From NCBI GenBank assembly GCA_051362555.1, contig CM120640.1, forward strand, positions 14,074,001 through 14,138,000: a stretch of DNA of 64,000 nt, read 5' to 3'. Positions 11,494 to 24,500 of this stretch are shown one piece after another (the stretch's first letter is position 1; each line of letters starts with the position of its first letter). The notes beneath the pieces are model-generated. The model was not told the origin of the DNA and searched no databases. It worked only from the letters and a program-made list of their open reading frames with translations. This DNA is from Lingula anatina (lineage: Eukaryota > Animalia > Brachiopoda). The position numbers were made by a program, and so were the translations under genes.

Positions 11494-14400
11494 TCAGTCA
11501 TCAGCTCCATTCACATCTGCTTCTAATTTTGGATTTGGAACAGTGAAAGTGTATGTAGTTCCCTGTATGGCAGGATTGCCAGTCCTGGGCATTACAGTCG
11601 CTTTGCCTTCATAATGCTTCTTGATATCGTTATCAGCAGGACAGGAGATCCTGAAGGCCTCCACTGCGTAAGCATTCTCCAAGTAACTCCAAATGTGTGT
11701 GAACTTCTCCGGGATCTGGTAGCCCCTGTATTCCTGGAATATTGGAAAGATATCATAATAATAACAATAAATCAAAAATAATAAAAATAATTTTTGAGGC
11801 ATTTTCATCAATCAAGCAAAAAAGTCATTTTGCAAAAGTATGTGTGTGTTCACATTATAACCAAATAAGGTAATTGACTAAGTTACAGCACATCACTATT
11901 ACAAGACTGCCCTAGCATGTGAACATGCCTTGCAATATACTACTTGATGACATACCTTACATTATGGCAATACATACATTAAAATGGTAACATATTTTTC
12001 TCTCTGTAAACATGCACTATCAGGAAATGGTATGCAATTAATGAATAGAACAACACAGGAACTGCTGAGGCAGCAAGCATTGAACACATTACCTCTCCAG
12101 CTATTCTAAGGTGCTGCAGCTTGGGCAGTAACTGACAATCAGCATAGGACAGGCTATCCCCTAACATGAACTTGGTCTCGCACTTCTCCAAGTAGCTGTT
12201 CAGCTTCGCCAGTGAACTCTCCAGGGCATGGGACGCACCAGTCTTCAGGAGTGCATTAAAGTTCTGGAACGGGGTAAAAATACATCAGTTACACAACTGT
12301 CATAAAGCACATATATAACTTATGCAAATGTAATTTTAAAAATTGATGTGCTAGCATGATCCAAGTGACAACACTTAACCATCCTTCAAGCATTAAAAAA
12401 CACAGTGCATAAAAACATAAAAGCAACCATTCCAGAATATACTAAATAGCAAAAAAGGCCTTAGTGAGAGGTACACAAATTAAAGTAACAAGTAAATACC
12501 TTGTATAAATCAGCAAAGGCGGCCTCTGCCATGCCAACTCTCCTAGAGGCTTTCGACTCTCTGGCTCGGCGTGAAGAAATGAGGTCAGGACAGGCAAACC
12601 TATCCATGAACATTTCAATTTCATCACTTGTGTCGCAAACCAGGTTGGAAATGTCCACTCCAGCAGGATCGTGTCCCTTCCTGACCAAGATGTCAGGCAA
12701 TCGTCCACTGGTACCTAGGTCGCTGAATTCTTTTGGTGGATTCTCGGGCACTATGGTCGTCACCAACAAATCTATATACCGCTGTTCTGACAGAATGTAG
12801 AAGACCATGAACCACTGCTGGCATATTGGACATGACCCTTTGCGTTCCTTGTCAATTGTGGATGCCTGGAATTGGATAATATCGGTTCTCAACTTGCGTA
12901 ATTTTATACATTCTTATGCCATTTTTAGCTTTCTTTTCATTTGTGTCAGTTGTTATTCTGCTCTTGTAACAGAAAAAGATACATGCATCTTGAGAACTGG
13001 GGTTAAGAAAAAAATAGATAGTCGATGTTAACATAAAAAGCCCCATTGACTTATTCTTTCAACCGTTTGTTCTTTTTTGGTTGTCTTATTATTTCCTTCC
13101 TTTACAAAAATAGATATGGACTTTGTGGTCCCTAAATGTATGCTAAACCATGCAGAAGTATGAAACAGAAATACTTTAAATTCCTCTCAACAGTTGGAAA
13201 GAAAGACAATCTGGCACTATCCAGTGATGGAGAAAATGGGTACATAACTTATGACAAAATGTTACTTCCTGCACTTCAGACATTTTCCATCATAAAAACA
13301 TCTAAGTGTTTGTGAAGAATTTCTATGAGGGCATATGTAAATGAGTGTGTGTGTTGGGGGGGAGGGGAGGCACAGCTAGACAAATGAGAAAATGGGTGGT
13401 GTCATCAAACTCAAAAGATCATAAGGTCAAGTTCAATAAAATCCACACCAAGGGCCAGTACTGCCATTAAAAACAAATCATAGAACCGAAGTAAGTCCCA
13501 GAACAGGGTTTAAACTCCTGATGTGACTGTGAGCTAATCGGGCTATCACACCATGTACACACCTATCTTTGCCAGCCTGATAACTTATCAGCTTTATTGA
13601 ACTGCAAACATAAAAACCCACATTTGGGGTCCTCTATTAAACCTAAAGAAGTATGATAACACCTTTACTGGTGGCTGCAATGCTGCAATATAAAATCTAT
13701 ATAAATGTCCCACTTTTTGCAACAGTTGTTAGGGTGATTTCAAATTTACACACACACACACACACTATAGACCCTACAGCTATAAATTAAGTAATAGTAC
13801 ACTTGTAATAAAATGTTGTAGTGTGGACTATTCGGTTTTCAAAATCAATGGACAATTCAAAAATTGAAAAAAAAAAATACAGATGTATGGGGAGTGGGGT
13901 TCATAGAATTTCTTTAACTACAGTGGTGGCAACATCTAAAAATATGCTGATTTCAACACCTGTGTTGGAGCCAAATTTGTAATTCATTCAATAACACACA
14001 TAAGCAAGAAAGATCAGCTCTACATTAGCAGCACACATAATTCACTCGACATTCCAATCATTGTTCCCTGTATGCTTGCCTAACTGCCTGACAGGGCTAT
14101 CAGGTTCCTGTCCCAGCACAGGTAGACCTGCCTTTGTTTTGCACCTTGTGGATTCAACAAGTTGTACAAGTTAAATATTACTAAGAACCTGCGTGTTAGT
14201 ACTTAGGCCAATACTTTGTGGACACAACTTGAAGAGAGAGCAAGAGGTTATATAGTGAGAGAGGAGGTCCCTCTGAGTCAGGGAGTTTTTTTATTCTTAG
14301 AAATAAATTACTGCAATTCTATAAGTAGTATGACAACATGAAACACAGAAATACTTTAAATAGTTAAAATAATCAATTCTCTGTTGAAAGATATTACATT

Positions 14401-17400
14401 TAAAATATATGGAAAAAAAAACATCCTGTACAAATTGCTTTTGTGTATGCTAATATATATATAGCACCCAAGATGGGATTATCAACCATATAATGACACC
14501 TGTTATGAATACAAAGACTAAGTTTACTGACTCATATCAAATACCTGCATGCAGCACCGTCAAATTCAGGACACTGCCCAAGTATGGACACAGAAAAATA
14601 TAATGAGTGACCATTTAGACAGATAAAATGACTGGGTTGTCTACAAGGAAATTGCACGCAGAAGCTCAAAATTTCTAGATTTTGGACATAAGTAAAAGGT
14701 CAGAGAGAAGTCAAACACTAGTGCACTCAGACAAATACTTCAACACAATTGCATTTGAATTTAATACATGAACAGACAAGATCCATATTTCCATAATAAA
14801 AACATTAATAGAGCACCAAACAAATAAGGTCAAAAGTTGAAATAAAAATATTTCAACATACCTGCGGTTTTCAAAAAGCAATTTATTATCATGCAGTTAA
14901 GCATTTACTGTTGATTCCATTTACTATATAGACAAGTTTATTTGCACAGTAAACTGAAACTAAGTTTCATATTATAAAGTACTAAATGACGATGATGACA
15001 ATAATTATAAAAGAAATAGAAATAAAAATTCTGTTCAACATGACGTGATAAATGATAAACATTCTATAAAAGGACTATCAATTACCAATGACTGATGGTC
15101 ATGAGAAGAGATTTGTCTGTTCTTCCACTTCAAAATTCAATTGTGATCCTATGCTGAACCAATTTTTTCCCAGGTGATAGTTCAACAATATTTAAAACTT
15201 AAACTGAAACCTTTAAACACCATTTTTAAAACATTTTTTGTGTCTTTATATAATATTGAGCCCAACATTTTTATAACTCCTTAAAATTCTCTGTCCAAGG
15301 GAATCAGACTTTTTTCCATGGTTTATTACTGTACCATCTTTAGTAGCCCATAATAAGCAGTCATTAGTTATATCTTGATTTCTGTTTAATATACCACACA
15401 TTTTTTCATAACAGAGATTCAACCTCCTAGTAACCATTAGTGGAATTAGGTAATGACTTTCTAGGCCAGTCTTGCCTTGACTAATGCTTGATTATGACAA
15501 ATGTGACACAACACGGGACCTTTTGGATTATTAACCCCTTACAGATAAACTTAAGATGCTCAATATTTCTGTTACAAGATAAATTGCAATCATCTTAGAA
15601 GAACCCAACAGTTGCTAACCTGAGAAATGGTTCAGTATCCAAGAAAGTTTAAGAGACTGGAATTATTCAGTGCAAAGCAAACATAATGATATACTGGAAG
15701 TCTTCCTAAAATTCAGAACAAAAATCAAAAAGGGTAATCTGGTAACAGAAAACAATCAACAAGTTGGGATTCATCTGAAATAGTCACTGAACATCTTTCA
15801 CTTCTTTTCTTAACATAGATGTGCTAGCATGATCCAGGTAATAACACTTTACCATCCTTCAAGCATAAAAAAAAACAACCTCATTAATAACCAAGTCCAT
15901 TCCAGAATATATCAGGCACCGAATAGCAGTGACACACATTGCCAACATACTGACACATGAATTTGACCTTCACACAAATGGGTTGCTAAAAACACACTGC
16001 CTGAGATGTGAGTAGCATTTTGTTGTTCAGAATTGACTAAAACAGGATATATTTGCATCAACACTCACCTCACAGCTATTCAGAAGAGGTGACCAAACCA
16101 TGGAATATTCAAGATGGCTGTCCTTACTAGCATAGGAAAGATAAAGGACAGCCAGGTAATCGGTATAAATCTACATAAAATACCATTGACAGAACTCACT
16201 GCTTAGAATAAATAGGGTTGGGACAACAAATATAGCTAACAGGGATAAAAAGGGAGCTTGTAATGGGAACTATTTATATATACATTAACAATGGAAACTC
16301 AAACTATTCAGAACATTTTATACCGTACCACTCAAAAACCTTTACCCTACAACACTAAAAATATCCATCGGCATTTGCATGCAAAGGATGGATACATCAA
16401 ACCACTTCAAAGTACTTTTACAATCTGTCAAGTAGAAAAAGAAGCAGCTGACAAGTGCCCTTGCTCTCCATCATTGGAGACCGAACATACACATCACACA
16501 CAAGTGGTGAGAACTACATGCACTGAAGGTAAGCATCCAAGGCTAACTACTGTTGCCATATCAATGTTTACTTGGCCTGATAAGACTGGCCATCAATGCT
16601 GGACGGGGAGATAACATTTTGATGTTCTTCCACACCTTAAAGATACACACGCACAGTTCGTATGAGACGCAGACCTGCCCATCAACACAAATATGCCACG
16701 GCATAAGGTGCAACACACTATATAAGGGTATATTCCACCAGTTGTTCTTGTTTTGTTCATACAATCTTGATTTTTTTAATTGTGCTCAAAAGGGACATTA
16801 ATTCATGCCTTTTTTTAACGTTAAGCATAAGTGCAGAGCAACACAACATTTGCACTGCAAACCAGAACTAAACTCGACCCATTTTCAATATAAGCATAAA
16901 TATGGCTATAAAACAGCAACACACCCACGTAAATAGCTCGTCAGTGATTCAGAAGTCTGCTTCTTGATATTTGTGTTAGTAATAAATCAGACAAATGCAT
17001 AATTGCTTGGCCCGATAACGTCATTCGTTTCTTAATTCCAGAAAGTCGCAAAACACTAAGATTACATGAAATGTTGTCTATTTACTTAAATATTTTGTTA
17101 AACAGATTACATTTAAATGACAATATGAGAATCGAGAGCAACATTTAATCTGTCTCCGTTAAGGCAGTGAATGACGACCATGCAAGAAACAAAAATGGCG
17201 GACAAAGCAAGGTGACCGGCTTGGGAGTTAACTTTATGACTTTTGACCTTAATTCATCTACATTTTCAGTTGTCATTAATAAAGACAGTGGAACTATACA
17301 AATTTAACTCTAAATGATTCGACGTGAGAATATCAGATCACGGAATCGGCACCACATGGCCAGCACGGCTCCGCCACAATGAACGTTAGCACTGCAATGT

Positions 17401-17549
17401 GATACAAACCCATTTTGGAGGGAAATAACGTGGCATATGGCCATTTTACTTACTTTTACAAAAAGCTCTATCATCGGCCGCGTAGATTCTGAACCAGATG
17501 AGTCCTGCGACTCATCCAATTTCATTTCCACTTGCCCTTCGTCACTCAT
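11494..17549 (-). CDS. CLIC: Chloride intracellular channel (CLIC/EXC-4 family, GST fold), 4 coding exons
   Basis: Exons 17454-17549, 12500-12865, 12093-12263 and 11494-11733, all GT-AG and phase 0. Motifs IELFVK-ASTIDKERKGSCPICQQWFM, GDSLSYADCQLLPKLQHLRIAG and YLENAY..EAFRISCPADNDI are CLIC signatures. Confidence 0.95.
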
Positions 17550-17612
17550 TTGTACAGATAGATGTTTTCCACTCAGATGTATAAGACCTCGCCCCAGAAA
17601 TTGTCTCCAATA

Positions 17613-17634
17613 TGCGCATGCGTACGTGACGTCA
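17613..17634. promoter_or_regulatory. CLIC proximal promoter motifs: NRF1-like TGCGCATGCG and CRE TGACGTCA
   Basis: The motifs lie at 17613-17622 and 17627-17634, 60-85 bp upstream of the ATG, in a CpG-rich patch. Confidence 0.55.
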
Positions 17635-18550
17635 CCGATGTCAGGCTCATCAACAAATGGGCGCGGTTTTTTAAAGTAAACACATGAATAACCAGGCGTG
17701 TCCATTAGTTAATCAGTCACTAAAATTTTCGCAGATGGGAAATTTATTATGCATATTTCATTCAAATGGCTTCAACACAAAGAGCTTCACTCGATAAAGT
17801 AAAATGTTAATACAAACGACAAGTATGTTCGTGTTGCATTGGTAGACAAAGTTGTTAGTCAATGAGGATGTACGTACGCAGCGTTAACTTGATAGGTCAA
17901 TTAAAATTGTCTTAATTTTTTGTTTTCTAATCATATGGTGTGAAATGGACATAGCAGCTAATTTTTAGGATCGGATGGTACCTTTTTCTCTGTCTCTCTC
18001 TCTCTCTTTGCCTTTTTTTTTTTTTTTTTTTTTGCAATTTACTAATGAAAAAAAAACTTATCTGGCAAGGGTAGATCTAAATTATTTTTTCGTTTTTTTA
18101 AAGACAAGGAAAATATCACTTTTCCTTAACTAAATTGATTTTATATCAAATTGCTATTTGTTGAGAGGGCCTGACTAACAAGGCATTCTCTTCCTCCATT
18201 TCCATCACAAAAATAATGAAAAACATTCATACAATGGTCTCTCTACAGAAAGACTCCATGCAAAATACCACATATTTCTTTATTTAATAACCATTCCTGC
18301 TAATAATTTCAATAATACACTTAAATATCAATTTTTTAGTGTGATTATAATTAACAAAATAATGTCTTTTATATTGTCATTTTTTTTTTATCAGGGATAA
18401 GCTGTACTTGTAAAAAGAATGTGTAATAATTACATCTATTTAAATTTTCTTGTTTTTACATTTGATGCATTTCCAGTGAAAATAAAACATGAATTTGTTC
18501 GATGCCATAACCTTCGGCATAAAAAGTCAACCACTTAATAAATCTCAATG

Positions 18551-21500
18551 TCAGATTTTGTGTCTTTGTTTCAGCAGGTAGTCCAGTGCATCTTTGTCTA
18601 AGGTGTACCACTGCTTCTGATCAAGTGTAGATAATTCTAAATCCCTGAAAAATATCATAGAATGAAGGGTTGTAACTGGGCTGCAAATACTATATACTCC
18701 ATTTTAAAGCTAGTTTTCAAAATCAAACAATATTCAACAGTTTGAAAAACCTGAGACACTATAAATTATCATTAAAATGAGTCAATTGTACTGAAAATGT
18801 TTTCACTTCCATAATAACCATGATATTGTCATTAAAAAATGTTAAAGAATTACAAACCAGTTTCTAAATTGTAATGAATAAATAAAAACTTTCCATACCT
18901 TAGCTTATTCTGAGTCTTATTAATTAGGTGCTGGATTTGAAAACCATCAATTTTAACGTCAATGTTTCGAAATTTCAGCCAGTTGTAGTATCCTTCTTGG
19001 GCTTTTCCTATCTTCACCAACAAGGCACAGTGATTATACACAATGTCTTCCGACTCTAAAATGTTAAATATACAAAATGACCACACGTCCTTTTATAATT
19101 CACTCAGCATGACAGGTCTTCATACACCATTAATACACACATACCTTAAAGGGATAATAACTCTTCGTTTTGGCCAAAAAATGAATTTTCCTGGAGTAAA
19201 CAACAATTTTCCCATACTTATCAATGGTTAATGAATCCATTTTTTACATTCAAAGTTAGTCCTTGTTTTTTTTCTAAAAAGTTTGGTTTTTTGTTAAAAT
19301 CTCTTAAGAGATTTTAACAGAGTATAGCCATCAATGGACGTCATGTAGTCTAAAGACAAGCTCAGATATCAGAATAATAGTTATAACTGCCGTTTTTGTG
19401 TTAAAACAGAATATATCATATTTCTATGAGTTATTCATAATGTTTTTGTTGTGAAATATATATCTCATACGAAGAGTTATTATCCCTTTAATTTTCCATT
19501 ATTTCTCTTTTACGCTGTTGACTCATTTAACATTTCATTGATATCATAATGCTATATTATCTTCTTTGTTAAGAGTCGATAGTATTGCAAATTTTCACAT
19601 GCATATTTAGGTAGTTAAGCTGAATAGCTTTTCAAACTGATGTTGCATCAATTTTTTTTTTTTTTTTTTTTTTTTGTTGTGGATTTCACTCGGGTTCATA
19701 ACTTAAACAGACTACCTGAAATGCCATTTATAATTTACCCACCTGAATGTGCTGATAAGCCAAGTCTGAAAAAATGCAAGGCATCTTTCAATTTAACTTC
19801 TGTAACTAACAATTTGGCCTTCCTACTGTATGCCTGAGCCAACAGCTGGAAGTGACTTGGAACACTTCTTTTACTAGAATCTTGTGGGGCTTGGGTCCCA
19901 TCTGTAATATATTCATCACAATCAATTTGAAAAATCCTACTGAATGTAACAGTCATAACAATTCAATAAGAACAGTTTACCACTAAAAAAAATAAATAAA
20001 AGTAACTGAGAAAATATCAGAAACCATCAAATATATATAAAAAACATTAATTTTTCAAAGACTGATTTCCTGGAGTTTGACCTAAAACATAATTTTCAAT
20101 AGTCCAAGCCATGTCTCTGCAGTAAAATTGTAACTGATTTTCACACAGCACTACTTTCAGGCATTTTGTATTCTATACATTGAAATCTTCATTGCTGGAA
20201 ATCAGCCCACTCAATATGAACTAACTGTAATAACCACACACAATGCTGGTGATTAATGCTTGCCATAAATATGACATGAACTATCTAAGACAGATTTGAA
20301 TGCTTTCCACAGATGTATATGAATGACTCAAATTGTACATGTGCAACACACAAAAATAACACATTATATTTTCATATTTTAATCACTTTACCTGAATCCA
20401 AGCGCATCCTTTTCTGTTTTGGTAATACAGTGTCATTGTGCTCAACAGAAAGGTGTTGTGAAGCATGTTCCATGCTGGATATGACTCTGAAAGTTGTCAT
20501 GATAAATGTGTGTTAACCTTTGGTCAGTCTAAAATGCTGGATTAATTTTTTTCTTTATGCATATCAATATACAATTTACATGCTGTTATCTTCCTTTTGT
20601 CCTTCTGCATGAAAGTTCAAGGGTGATGCTATGTCTAAACGCACTTAGGTTCATTGAAAAGTCAACAAGTTTCACTTTTAATCTATTACAAGAATTACAT
20701 ATACATAAAGTCATATATATAAAGTCAATGTCTAATCAGATGATTTGCCTCCTTCTCTACATAAGGACCAGTGCTGGTAACTACACTGCTGACATAACTG
20801 GCATTCAAGGGAATCATCAGTGACAAGCTAAAAGGAATAAGAACTGTTCATTTTGACAAAAAAAAAAAAAAAATGGATTTTCCTGGGGTAAAGGTTCCCA
20901 TACTTACCAATGGATAATGAATGCATTCTAACATTCAAAGTTAGTCCCTGTTTTTTTTCTAAAAAGTTTTTTTTTGTAACATTCTCTTAAGAGATTATTA
21001 CAGAGTGTAGCCATCTATGGCAGTCACGTGATGTGATAGCAAGCACAAAATCCAGAATAATTGTGTCAACTGCCATTTTGGTGGTAAAATAGAGTATATT
21101 ATATTTCTATGAGTTGTTTACAATGTATTTATTGTGAAATATGGATATCATACGAACAGCTGTTATCCCTTCCTAACAAGGAGGACATGACATTATCTGC
21201 CTGGATATTGACATTGGAAGCTCAGTTAAAACATTGACAATGTAAAAAAAAAAAAAAAAACACCAAAAAAGTTTTTTTCAACTGCTGATCTTCCTAAAGT
21301 CAACAATCTACAAAAAGATACCTGTTCAGCAACTGCAGTGCTTCAACTTCATTTTTTAAATGTACCAAACAGTCAGATTTGTACATCAAGGCTGGGATGT
21401 CCTCAGAGTAGGGGTGCTCACACAGTTCATGGATTAAAGGCCCTCTTTCATTGTAGCTCTCTAATTCCTCTGTTGATCGTTGCCTCTTCCTACTGTTTTG

Positions 21501-24500
21501 CACTGGAAGACTGTGTATCTGATTACCTGGACCACCGTCAGAAGATTTTGCATGTACTTGGGTTTCTTCTTTTCTCTTTGAGTTGTCTGCACCACGTTCA
21601 TAATCCACTGATGCACAAGTTGGTGTATATTTTTGAACAAGCCTATCACACAGTACAATTGCTTCCTCATATCTTTCACACTTGACCAGGGCATAGGTTG
21701 CCTCCAAGTAGATTTTACGAATCGATGGCATGGCTTCCAACTGATGACATTGTGCCTAAAAATTATAAGGTTAGGATGATCACGTCAAATATAATTTACA
21801 TACCATCTTTAGAATTGATGTGGTCATGGCTTTCCTTACTCCCCAGTTCTAAGGCTGAAAAGAGTTTATGGTTTGGGGAAAAAAAACTTTTCACCAAAAA
21901 TGCACAAACCTGCAGTTTTTATTTTTCATCAAACCTGTAAATTATTGTTTACTACTAAGTCATTGAGTTGAATGCTAACAAACTATTATCACATACAAAC
22001 TTCTTGAAATAAATGATACAAATAGGCAATTTGGACAACTCACCTCAAGTCTATCGAACTAATGAACTACCGGGTATTATCATATATAAGCTTCTTGAAG
22101 AGGTAATTTGTACCACTCACCTCAAGTCTATTGAATGAGTCATCATCTACCAACAAAGCTATAAGGTCCAGATATCTTTCAGCTGATATTTGAAATCTTA
22201 AAAAAATATATATATATATATTAATTAATTAATTAATATGAAGCAAGGTATTGTAGCATGTGTTGAAATCAATTGTTCATATCAAAACTATGTGGAATGT
22301 GGTGCAAATAATATTAAATTAACAGCAACACTAAAAAAAAAGAAATGTCATCAAAATATGTAAAAAAAAACATGAAAAAATCAATAACTTTCATAAATAT
22401 AATCCGATCATGCTGATTTTCAAAGGAATAAACCTAATTTACATACAAAGCAACTCTTAAAGTAAAACAAAAACCCAGTTTAGTAGGGGCAACCCTTACC
22501 CAAATACATGTAAAAAAATACCTATATATATAATAATAATAATTTCACTAGGAGCTTTTTTTTTAATCAAACAAAGCTACTCAGTAAATAAAAGTAAAAC
22601 AGGAAATTGGTTTTGCAGTTATAGGGACTTATGTTTTGGCAGCAGCAGTGACTGCAACAATATGGACAGTGATCAGAATCGATACAGAAACAGGTCAATC
22701 AGTGATTCCTTAATAAATTGCTTTTTACTTAAGACAACTTGAATTTGACATATACCCCGTTCACACTACAGTTGCCAAAATGCGCATTTCTATAATACGG
22801 ATTTTTCGTAAGGAATCCGATTCGGTATTGCGTTCACACTCACTAAGCGAATCCGAATCCCACGTTGAAAATTTCAGGTTTAACTTCCTGTTTTGAACAC
22901 TCGTGCATGCGCCGCACAGGAAATCTTAAAATATCAACAAAAATTTGTGACGACAAATGCAACTCAAAAGACATTCCAGCATTCTTGAGAAGTATAAGGT
23001 GGCAAAATAAGTTTGTTTCCTCATGTTGTAGTGAGTGGTGACCTCCAAATACGTTTGGTGCAATCGCTAAAGTAATAAACCAGCGTTCATAGATACCCGC
23101 ACTTATCTGCACACATGCGCAGTAAGATCTGTACAGGTGTCGATTCCGGTAAGTTATCCAGATCGTGCTTAGAAATCCACCTCGCTTGCAGGATTTTGAA
23201 AATGCGCATTTTCAAAATCCTCTTGCGTTCACACTACTGCATTTATTCGAATTGTGACCTAATTTGCAACTTATCCGGATAACTGAGCGTAGTGTGAACG
23301 GGGTAATAGAAATACCATATAGAATACTTTAAAAATAAAAGTAATGAAAATACACTCAAAACTGTTTGGTATTTTTGCCCAGCACTTCTTATGCTTCACC
23401 TTTGAATAGATTACAGCTCAAAACCCACTTCAACAAGCACATAAGGCTTTTCACTTACTTTTCAAGTTCCATACATCTCTTTGCCATAATATACAGTATC
23501 TCTGGCAGAGAGACTCTAGGAATAAAATCAAAGGACTGCAGAAGGATGAAATTCATATCAAGCATCTTCCAGCATTTTTGTGCTGCTCTGTTTCTCTTTG
23601 ATTCTTCTGACTTTTCCAGGCCCTTGAAAACAATATTTTTAACAGTTAACTTTACTATTTACATAGCCTTAAAAATACCATTACTAGAATGTCACCAATA
23701 AATTTGACCACACTTAAAAAAGTTCTGTTTAAGATAAAAAAGAAAGAAATTAGACAGATGACTTAACAGATGACATCCTTGTTTTCTATCATTTGAATTT
23801 AAAAAAAGAGATAAAGACACAACTTGCTATATATATGTAGCCAATGTGCAAGTCTAAAAATCTGCTACTTACTGTTACTAACAGATCTAAGCTTTCTATT
23901 TCTGCATCAAAATTGGCCATTTTCCTATATTCCACTGCAACATTGTACAAAGGTGCCAAGGAACTTATGTCAAGTTGTATGGCAACTTTGTATTTTTGCA
24001 TGGCACTATGTCCTTTGCCCTGAAAGAGAACCTCTGCTGTAACTTAACAGTTTTAACAGTTGTGAACAATTTATAAAGCTCAATTGAAATATATGGAACA
24101 ATATTTCTACATGTACTGATATAAATTAGTATACCAACATAAAACTCTCAGCAGTGTTGTGACAGAGTGAACACTCAGTCATGTGAAGGCTCATCTGAAA
24201 CTCAGTAGGAATAGCACAGTAATTACTTCACACCATTTACAACATTATTTGTGATTTTAAAAAGTCAGGAAATTCAATAGTGAGTGAAAAGTAAAGATGT
24301 AATCATTTCTGCTTCTCGTCATTTTAAAATAGGGAATAAAATGGATCTGGATGAATATGAAAAAAATAGACACTGCATGTATACCAGCATAGCCAAGCAG
24401 TTTCCTTGTAAATAAGCAACAACAGCTTTTATTTCAGCAGTATCAGTTGGTGACATCAGAGTTGACAGCACAGCCAAAGCCTCCTCTGGCTCACCCAGCT

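Noticed and set aside
11494-11496. TGA stops of CLIC, FANCG, NOX, TCHP, ALKBH3 and BORCS5 as possible selenocysteine or read-through codons
   Set aside because: Where homologue ends are known to me the stops fall at the expected C-termini; CLIC has a TAA four codons later; no SECIS was recognised.
13157-14392. Short direct repeat CAGAAATACTTTAAAT at ~13166 and ~14346 in CLIC intron 1
   Set aside because: Short and AT-rich, with no structure; likely a local duplication or chance.
21312-21321. Donor GTATCTTTT resembling a U12-type 5' splice site in FANCG
   Set aside because: No TTCCTTAAC-like branch point near the acceptor at 20487.
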